35,776 bases of DNA from the NCBI GenBank assembly GCA_040143965.1, contig JASJQH010006938.1:1-35776 (forward strand), written 5' to 3'. How positions within the stretch are numbered: position 1 is the first letter of the stretch; each line of letters starts with the position of its first letter. This stretch comes from Basidiobolus ranarum. Lineage: Eukaryota. Below, one piece after another: positions 24,370 through 33,063 of the stretch. The notes under the pieces were generated by a model. It ran no database searches. It had not been told where the DNA came from and saw only the letters and a program-made list of their open reading frames with translations. The position numbers and the translations under genes are program-made.

Positions 24370-26160
24370 CTACCGTGGTTGGTCCATCTGTACCACAGTC
24401 GCCTTATACTGACTAGTAAGAATCTCGGTACTCTTTTCACTGTCTTTTTCTAGTTGTAAACGGATATCGTCGGGGAATCGTACACGAATAATATAATAAA
24501 ATAAGATGTATAAAGTAATTCCACTACGAGCAATAATGGTAAATGGAATCTCAAACAGAATTGGATAACATACAATCAAATCTGGACGCCATGCTAAACC
24601 GAGTCGACCACAGCTGCGGGATTGCCATACATTGTAGAAGATAATGCCTGCCCAACAAACAATGATTGCGTCGGCATAGAATACCATCAACTTGGTAAAG
24701 TCCTCCAATGATCGGATCTTGGCAAAAGACATGATAATTCCAATTAGCTGTGCTATTTCACGGCCCAAACTGATCAGTTTCCACATGGAATACGTTCGAG
24801 CAAACCACTTGGGCCCATAAGTCAATCCCCCAGGTGCAAATAATACTCTTATCCACCTCATCATAAACATACAACCAGCAGGGTCCCATGAGCGCATGCG
24901 TTGATTTAAGAATGAGTGCTCCTCACATTTACATTTGGCAGGGTTGAGCTTTCTTCTTAAGGGATCAGGTAGTAGATCATACCAATGCATAGGGCAGTAA
25001 GGAACCACAGTAGCAACAATACAATCTCGGACGTAACCTATCCTGCTGGGACAGGAAACACCCAATTTGGCATCATATCGTCCTGATAATTTATGAACCA
25101 GGTAGCCCATCTCCAAGTCCTCCCCATTGAATATTGTGCAATGCCGACTCAGTACTTCTTTGAGTTGATCTAATCTCCAGGTAGATATAGCTCCAGATGC
25201 AAACAATTGGGTGCCAAAGTAAGATGCAAAGTATCTGCCGACATCTCCACTAAGGTATTCAATTTGCTGAATAGTAGCCATCAGGGTTGCGCTATGATTT
25301 TCCGCCGAAAGGGGATAAGCCAAAAGGATTTTGGTAGGATCTTCAAACTGTTTCTCTATTGATTTTGAAGGCCAGTATGTTGGCAGGATCACATCATCAT
25401 CTAGGATGGTGATAATATCACTCTCGGACTGGCCAGCATGGTACCGAGAGTGAAGATCATATATTGCATGGTATTGTGCTAGTGTCTTGTTACCATATCG
25501 AATATGTGAGACCATAATTTGACTTAAGGGCTCCAGTCCCCGGGAAGTATAATATTCGTTTGACATTTGTAGGCAGAGGGAATCTGTCGCTTCTATTTCC
25601 TCCACCGAAGACCCATTGTCCGATATAAATACTTGATGCGGTGCAACATGCTTAAGTAAAGCTAGAACGGTTTCTCGAAGTTTATCGGAGCTGTTGTGTG
25701 CAACGATGAGAAATAAATGGCGTTGCGAGGCAGGCTCGGTTTCAGGATCTGGGAAAGGCTTCCATCGAGCAAAGATACCAAATAATGAACTAAGCAATAC
25801 ACTGAAGCATAAATACATGTATACATTGGCATATACAAATACATCGGCTTTGAAGTTTTGATAGTAGCGCCAGTAGTTACAAGCCCACCATACGAATTGG
25901 AAAAACGCCTTAGGATCTGAATTGTGAAAGCCACCATCAGAAGCGTACTTGCCGAGTAAAGCACCAGGGATAGCAAGTCCTACCAGTAGTGACAATAATA
26001 TAGTGGAGAAATACGACTTGTGTGCATATCCTTCGGTGAAAACCCGTATTTTGCATAGATATCCCAAAGGATAAAGAATACCAGCATATAGGCCACCTAG
26101 TGTTAAAACTAGTAACGCAAAAGCTGCTAAATAAGCGTGAGAACTCTCTACCCAATCCAT
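24370..26160 (-). CDS. Membrane-bound processive glycosyltransferase family 2 (synthase-like), intronless, 596 aa
   Basis: N- and C-terminal TM segments; SDNGSS, GNKT, LDDDV (DxD), ASGAISTW, GEDLEMG, QRMRSW; ATG 26160 lies about 45 nt after TATAAAAG. Confidence 0.88.
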   Translation of the reverse strand: MDWVESSHAYLAAFALLVLTLGGLYAGILYPLGYLCKIRVFTEGYAHKSYFSTILLSLLVGLAIPGALLGKYASDGGFHNSDPKAFFQFVWWACNYWRYYQNFKADVFVYANVYMYLCFSVLLSSLFGIFARWKPFPDPETEPASQRHLFLIVAHNSSDKLRETVLALLKHVAPHQVFISDNGSSVEEIEATDSLCLQMSNEYYTSRGLEPLSQIMVSHIRYGNKTLAQYHAIYDLHSRYHAGQSESDIITILDDDVILPTYWPSKSIEKQFEDPTKILLAYPLSAENHSATLMATIQQIEYLSGDVGRYFASYFGTQLFASGAISTWRLDQLKEVLSRHCTIFNGEDLEMGYLVHKLSGRYDAKLGVSCPSRIGYVRDCIVATVVPYCPMHWYDLLPDPLRRKLNPAKCKCEEHSFLNQRMRSWDPAGCMFMMRWIRVLFAPGGLTYGPKWFARTYSMWKLISLGREIAQLIGIIMSFAKIRSLEDFTKLMVFYADAIIVCWAGIIFYNVWQSRSCGRLGLAWRPDLIVCYPILFEIPFTIIARSGITLYILFYYIIRVRFPDDIRLQLEKDSEKSTEILTSQYKATVVQMDQPR

Positions 26161-28102
26161 GGTTATAGAAGTGTAGTATAAAAGTAGGCAAGTTAAGCAT
26201 CTTTTATACACCGCAATCTACCATGGAATCTCTGGTACTTATCTTTGACAACGCTTTATTCTGAGTTCGGAGCTTCAAGATAACCACTTTTAAGCAAACG
26301 CCGTTAAGTCATTTAGCCTATTTACTGATATAGAATTGCCAGATATATTACCGATTGAAATTATTGCTTTGAGATTCAAATCTACCTTCTCCGCCAACCT
26401 CCGGCAAGATGAGCCGATGATATCTATTGGTGCAGGTATACTTCTATATCATCTTGCCCTGTGACGCCCAAAAAATTGTCCGCACTAGAGTATAGAGTGG
26501 GCGTGTGATGGTATTCAGTTGGGAAATTGACGTTGGCGCATAGTTGAACAATTTTAGACTTATTCAGGGCTAGCATGAGGAAAGTTGTAAGTTGTGCCAA
26601 CTCATTTTATACTAGCATTAGAGAAGTCTTCAAAGCTGATATTCTAGGCTTCACCTCTTACTGAGGCCAATCGTATATGGGCTTTAGTTGTATGAGTTGA
26701 TATTTAGATGATGTCTGATATACAGAGACTATATACGCCAGATACTCCATAGGCATATTATTGTTGCAACAACCGGGTATCGAAATATTTATGTACTATA
26801 GTTGAGATCCTTTTTCCATCGTATTTGTTCTTATTAGTTCTCATATTATTGTCCAGCTTTTCATGAGAGTTCAATATGCTGTAAACATAATAAGGGTCCA
26901 TCGTTACCCTTCTTTTTCTTCGTTGTAAATAGATTTATTACTCGGCTTCCGATAATTCATTGACTGGTATAAATTCATATTTTATTTACCTTTTTAAATC
27001 TGCTCAGTTCATTGTAAAAAACGAATACTTTATAATAAGATCTTGTACAAGTAGTTATAGCATTGAAGCAGCCATGAATACCGTGTTTATCTTTTCAAAT
27101 CTACCAATTTTGTCCATTACTGTAATACTTGACAGGCCTCTGATTCAATATTCTAGGTAAAACTATACCGTGTTAATAATTACGTACTAGAAACGTAGAT
27201 ACGTATAGCGATGGAACTGATTATACGTTACTCTCAAACAATTGTCAAGCATTCGCGAAGATATTAAAGAGTAGTATATGAACAGATTTCCCAGGTTAGA
27301 GTTGTTATTGATGCTTTAAAACATGTATTCAATGATATTTTATAAGAAACCAATAACACTAACAATTATTAATCTTAGCTGAATGAGCCCAGAACTCTGT
27401 TTTATACTTGACATTGAAAGATCTATTCTTATCGAAGTCATTATCATCATAATCTATAGCTCTTGACGATACTAATTTTTAGTGTTAATTTCATCATCCT
27501 CTCTCTGTTTAAGAAGTAGCACTAAACAATGAGGTATGAAGTTACTGATCTAAGGCGGTTCAATTCTTTCCAACTCTTACCCGGCTATATACTCGCAAGG
27601 AATAAACTAAATCTTTTCTGATACCTATTATGCTTTAAGCATGAACTCTCAATTAATTTGAAACATCTACTTGAGACACTATGCAGTCTTAGAATTTAAC
27701 TTTACTCCTACTAAGCAATTATATTAAGCCAAATTAGACTAAAACAAGAATAGTGGGTAGGTATTTTCTAGTTCAACACTGAATGTCCGGTTCTATCATT
27801 ACAAGTGTATTTCCTAATCAAAAACCTGGTAATCTATTCACAAATTTCTTTACACCTCTACCCTTAATACAGTTATTGTTAACGCAATAGTATAGTAAAA
27901 TTTCATATAATCTACTTCCAATTCCATATAAAATGCATTTTCCAAAGATTCTAGTCTATTAATTATCTTTGTTAGCGATAGAGTTTCTTGTACTCTGGCC
28001 CTTAGATAACCATAATAACTACAGCATTTGAATCTCTTCAAGAATAAAGAGAAATGAAGCGGGTGGAGTAGGTATAGTATTTCAGGTTCTGATTTTCAAG
28101 TT

Positions 28103-28174
28103 GGCCTGCATAGTGTATTGGATTATGCGTTGATCTCACGGTCAAAGGTTGATGGTTCGAATCCATCTGGGTCT
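28103..28174 (+). pseudogene. Degenerate tRNA / tRNA-like Pol III leader
   Basis: A box TAGTGTATTGG 28111-28121; B box GGTTCGAATCC 28154-28164 in perfect T stem GATGG/CCATC; D stem GTGT/ATGC; anticodon stem TTGAT/GTCAA with only a 6-nt loop; broken acceptor stem. Confidence 0.75.
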
Positions 28175-28201
28175 CTAACTTAATTAGGTAAATCCTTAAT
28201 C

Positions 28202-28337
28202 ATAGATAACGGTGATGAAAAATTCTCATTGTCGGTTGGATATCAGAGGACGCCCTTAGATCTCTAAGGGTGAACCCACCTCTGTTCCAATCACGTATGA
28301 CATAAAATTCGCCCTCAAGCGCGTCTGAGTTATCTAT
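28202..28337 (+). ncRNA. Candidate box C/D small nucleolar RNA (136 nt), family not recognised
   Basis: Perfect 9-bp terminal stem ATAGATAAC/GTTATCTAT; box C GTGATGA 28212-28218; box D CTGA 28325-28328; canonical 3-nt K-turn bulge; long internal hairpin 28236-28290. Confidence 0.72.
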
Positions 28338-28340
28338 TTT
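28337..28340 (+). terminator. Possible Pol III T4 terminator
   Basis: TTTT at the end of the terminal stem, with further T4 runs within 20 nt; no T4 run between 28103 and 28336. Confidence 0.45.
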
Positions 28341-29319
28341 GAATTTTCCTCATCATTTTGCAATGGCTCTGTTGCTAGCTGTATTGTGATAGTGTTTTTG
28401 CTCAAGATTATTAAATATAATCAAATTGGTAAACAATTTTACGGGAAACAAGCTGTTCTTCAATTTATTTTTAATGATGTTACTGATTCATTATGTTCAA
28501 CGTCAATATGACGCAGAGTTAATTATTAGAATTTGTCCGCTTGTTGTTGCCAAAATACAGGTTTTAAAGCCAAGATAGATGTAATTCATGCAAATCCTTA
28601 TGCAGTTACGGATCTTCAAATCAAATAAATATCTTCCATTATGAGCTCTTTGTGTTAATATTACTATCGATAAAGCTTAAGCTCATTCTATTGGACAGCA
28701 TTTAGTAAACGAGAGTTTTAAATGTGTTTGTAAGTGTTCATGGAAGTCAGAATCCATCAAAGGGTAAACAAAAATTGTTCTGAAAACAAATGGCACCCAA
28801 ATGTAGTACGCATATCACACCATTGAGGCTAAATCAGAACATTAAAAATCAGGTTAGTTTGCAGATTGTGAGAAAACTTTAGGAGTGATCGACCTGGTGT
28901 ATCCACGAGTTGAATGAAAATGAAAAAAGGAAACAAGATATGTCTGCCAAGGTTTTATAATAACTCTTGGTATAAACCTACTTCAGCTTTCTTGGCGCTT
29001 TTTAGAACAATTGTGATTTTCACCATAATTTTCATACTGTCATTTCAAAGAAAACTCACTCGATAACTCAGAAATTTTGTGAATATATTATGCTATTTAC
29101 TTTTCTTCATGCTTTAAATTTCCAGATATGTTTATTCCTTTATAATCCAGGACTATTTAGGTAGGGATCGACTGGTATTCAAGTTGAAAGTTCAACGTAA
29201 TGACTGGGGCTGTACAGTGCTTTTCCAGACTCGATGCCAACTTTAGAGTCCATCGAAACGATAAAAGCTGGCTCATGAAATTGAGTTTATCATAACTTAC
29301 ATCTAAACAGTAATCTACC

Positions 29320-29736
29320 ATGGAAGCAAAGAGATCTCTTTACAGAGTAGCCTTATTAATTGTGTGTCTTTTGAGCCCAATTGTGGTGAACGCTGGAAGT
29401 TGTAAAGATTGCCTATTTTCCTTACCTTTCCGAGCCACGCCAGGATGCCAGGATTTCGTATATGACCAAGAACTCAAGCCTTTTAACCCTACCGATTTGT
29501 ACAAGAAATGCTCTTGCCAGCTAAAAGATGCCCCTCAACATTTTGATCTATGCAATCAAAATTGCTCTCAATCGGAGGTGAGCAATATAAAATCCCAAAT
29601 TAACGCCGCAGGAATATTTGATTGCAATAAGGTTCTAGGAAAATCAGCCGCACCTCCAAGCCTGTTGTCATCCAATACTGCCTGGATGATGGGAGCTGTC
29701 CTGAGTTTACTTCTAAGTCACTTCCTATTGATATAA
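29320..29736 (+). CDS. Secreted, probably GPI-anchored 8-Cys protein (CFEM-like spacing), 138 aa
   Basis: Signal peptide to ...IVVNA; 8 mature Cys; omega-like SAA and hydrophobic C-terminal tail AWMMGAVLSLLLSHFLLI; CTACCATGG start context. Confidence 0.85.
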   Translation: MEAKRSLYRVALLIVCLLSPIVVNAGSCKDCLFSLPFRATPGCQDFVYDQELKPFNPTDLYKKCSCQLKDAPQHFDLCNQNCSQSEVSNIKSQINAAGIFDCNKVLGKSAAPPSLLSSNTAWMMGAVLSLLLSHFLLI

Positions 29737-30406
29737 TCTAGCCTCTAAAATTATGGTTAACTTTTCTCTACTGCTATACAGCTAGTTACGCATACAATAA
29801 ATTTCAACTTTAAATAAATCTATCAACAGAAAGTGATGAAATCAGTATTTATCAGTTTGATACCTTGTTCCTAGGTAATATTCATTAGTGGGGCTCAGTC
29901 AGCACTTAACCTACCCAATGAGTATTCAAAGTATGATTGCCAAAATCTGCTTAGTACGATCAAATATTTTGGTTGAAAGTCTCACTGTTGGAATTCACCC
30001 TTTTACATTTGACATACACAATATGAGTGATATGGTTTAAGTGTTTAATTTCGTAGGCTATGTAATTAAGAAGAAATATCAGGAGTGTTAAATGGCCTAC
30101 CTTTTCGTTCTTGTTGTTAAGGTACCTAATATCCGACATCTGGTGTTTGCCAGTTGACCAGTAGACCTTTTTTACATTCTACGTGTTTCCCCATAATAAA
30201 TATGTCATTTTATAAGTTCACTTGTTGCTCACTATTCTAAAGGCTTCCAGTTTAGTTAGATCTGTTGGTGCTTTCTCCTCTTTAGAGAAAACTTCCTACA
30301 TTTCTCTGTCCTATATATTTGAATTCTCAGAAATCTTAATTTGCATCATCAAGCTTGTCAATGATCTAATATACAACGGTTATTATAGAGATTTCGGACA
30401 TGTTTC

Positions 30407-30718
30407 TGTTGAAATTAACATAGCCTAAGCACCTATATAGACATATATAGCTTAGTACTTAGTTATTCCATATTGAACTAAGATATCACCTCAAGAGTAA
30501 TTTACTTGGAAGTTCTCAGATATATATATCTTTTAAAGAAGCTCCAAACTTTGCACACATGTACCTGGGACCTTCCTTAACACACTCTACACGTTTGTTT
30601 ATTTACCTTTCGACAAAACTATAAATGTCAACTTTCTACTCAATAAATTAGTAAGTGAAAAACATCAATTCTTCCAGTTCTCCATACCACTTCCAACAAA
30701 CTCCTAAACACTTCAACA
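30407..30718 (+). mobile_element. Solo LTR copy D with 5-bp TSD GTTTC
   Basis: GTTTC-TGTTGAAAT...CTTCAACA-GTTTC; 7-bp terminal inverted repeat TGTTGAA/TTCAACA; CTATAAAT then AATAAA; 312 bp with internal deletions. Confidence 0.92.
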
Positions 30719-32050
30719 GTTTCCAGAGTTGCAAGATGAGGTTGATAGCCTATTGAGAGAGCTTGATGCTTGTGAAAGGTGTTTAAAGAAATGGCCTTAC
30801 TGTAAGTTTGAGAGATGATTGTTAATTGATTAGATATCAATTATACATAAATTTGAAAAGATTATAGAAACCAGCAATGGAATTACGTTCGGGACATCCG
30901 TAAGAGTAAAATAAGCCATCCTTGGGCTAATTAAAATATATCCCAAGTATATATTTCAATGTTGAACTAACTGCTTTTTGACTGAAGAATGCTAGCTAAT
31001 TTAGAGAAGATATACGAAAAAGTGATGTGGCCAAACTCTGAGTGTATAAAGATTAGGATAAATAATATAAGGGAAATAAGAACTTCAACTATCTTTAAGT
31101 TTATTTTATTCTCTCTCAGAGATCAGTTAGTTACCCTAAAGGAAACGTTTTATTGTATTATGGTTACTTCCACTTCAAATCCTGAACTACTATAACAGTA
31201 CTAATCTCAAAAGCATCATTCACTCTTGAATTCTAGTATATTTGAAGCAATTTATCCATCAAATGAAATATAACATTTAGTTTGATTTGGGGTGATAGTT
31301 CGATTAAGAGCACCCTAAATATATATGTATATGCATAATATAAGATTGTATTATATTCCATTTCGGTTAATTCGGTCAGATGGCATCGTTCTACACCATA
31401 TAAAGATAGGACATTAATTATTTACCAACATGAACTTGAGATAACACTTGCTGGAAACAAATAAGAAATGCTCTTTCGGTGATTATCAGTGATAACAGCA
31501 GTCCTTAGTTAGCACGAAACTGTTGCCACACTCTTCCATGTTTCTGTCAAAAAAATGGAATGAGCATTTGCTATTCTTGCAATCACGTATGATTTCCTCC
31601 GAGATTCAAAGTGCCAAGGTTTTTTGTACACTGATTTCTTTCACCTGATGGTTCAAGGGAATTTTCAGATACATGAGCTACTCTTACTAGCGTATCAATT
31701 CCAATCGTCAGATCGGTGTTTATATCAGTCTGTCACCTTAGATGGGATTCTTTCAAACGCCAAGAAGTTGGTAGTTAGTCTTGGTCGCATCTACGATCAT
31801 CAGTATATTTCTTGGCACAATCACCTTGGTAATTATTAGGATATATATAGGAATTTATTTAGTAAAATCTGAAAATAATTACTACAACGGACCATTAAGC
31901 ACTAGCCAAATAGGTAACAGTGGTAGGACAAGATCCATATTAGTAACAATAGAATGAGAAAGATGTATAATGGATGAGGCAGATCTACATAAAACCAGGC
32001 AACTGAGATCTTGCTTCTCACAGGTTTCCTTCGTAAGTCGTTTATCGTCC

Positions 32051-33063
32051 ATGGCTGTCCCTCCTCATTACAATTTATATCACTATGATCCCAATATACC
32101 ACTAGCCATTTTTGCGCTGGTTGTATTTACTATTTTAACGATTGTTGTTTCTTTTCAAACTCATCGATATAAAACACGGTATATGTATGGAGTCGCTAGC
32201 GGTGCTGCCGGTAAGTTTGAAATGCTGGAAATGTTGCCAAATAAATTCAATTTTCTCAAATTTTCTTGTGCTAGGTGAAGCCATAGGGTTCGCCATTCGT
32301 ATATGGTCAGGTCAACCAGCAAACAATGGAATTATTCCAGCCTACGCTGCATCCACTGTATTTTTGTTACTTCCGCCTATTGTCATCGCCCTAGGGAGTT
32401 ATTTAGCAGTAGCCAATATGTAAGTATTTACCTCTACGGTTCAACGAGGGGAGCAATGAAAGTGCGGTTTTTTAATATTTCTTCCATAGAATCTATCATT
32501 CCAATTATCGGACCAAATTCATTCAACCGGTTATCATTGAGAAGGCCTTTTTATCGATTGATGTGATTTGCTTCATGGTTCAAGCAATGGGTGGTGGTAT
32601 GATGGCTATTCAATCTATGGCAAGCACAGGCTCTAGTATCGCACTGATTGGCCTCGGTTTGGCCTTGGTATCTCTCCTTACTTTCTCTATCATCACTTTC
32701 TATGTCCAGCGCACATCACATTTCACTTTTCGACTACTTGAGAATGGTCAGAAGAATGTAACAGGTTGGCGTATTCTCTACTGGCCAATTTGGATCAACA
32801 TTGTAGCGCTTCTGATCCGATCAGTCTATCGTGTAGCCGAGTTCGCTCAAGGGTTCCAAGGCTATCTTATTTCACACGAAGTGTACTTTTATATATTCGA
32901 CTCGTTGATGATGCTTATTGCCATCGTCGCCTATGTCATAATCCCCCCAGGCCGGTATTTGCGACCTGATTTGGTTGAAAAGCAGAGTTTTTCTATGAAC
33001 CCGTTGAGATCTGAAAGTGGTGAGAGTGTATTGACTGGTAAGTGGACGACAGCTCAGATATGA
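32051..33063 (+). CDS. RTA1: RTA1-family 7-TM lipid-translocating exporter, 3 exons (32051-32210, 32275-32419, 32490-33063), 292 aa
   Basis: LYHYDP, G|EAIGFAIR, LLLPPIV, DVICFMVQAMGGG, LIRSVYRVAEFAQGFQGYLISHEVYFYIFDSLMM, PGRYL. Confidence 0.93.

Noticed and set aside
28103-28174. Functional tRNA-Val(CAC) or tRNA-Sec
   Set aside because: The anticodon loop has 6 nt, the acceptor stem cannot form 7 bp, and there is no long variable arm.
28236-28322. Patchy resemblance to U6 snRNA (ATGACA..AAATTCG..AAGCG)
   Set aside because: The invariant ACAGAGA and AGC triad context is missing, and the C/D architecture explains the region better.
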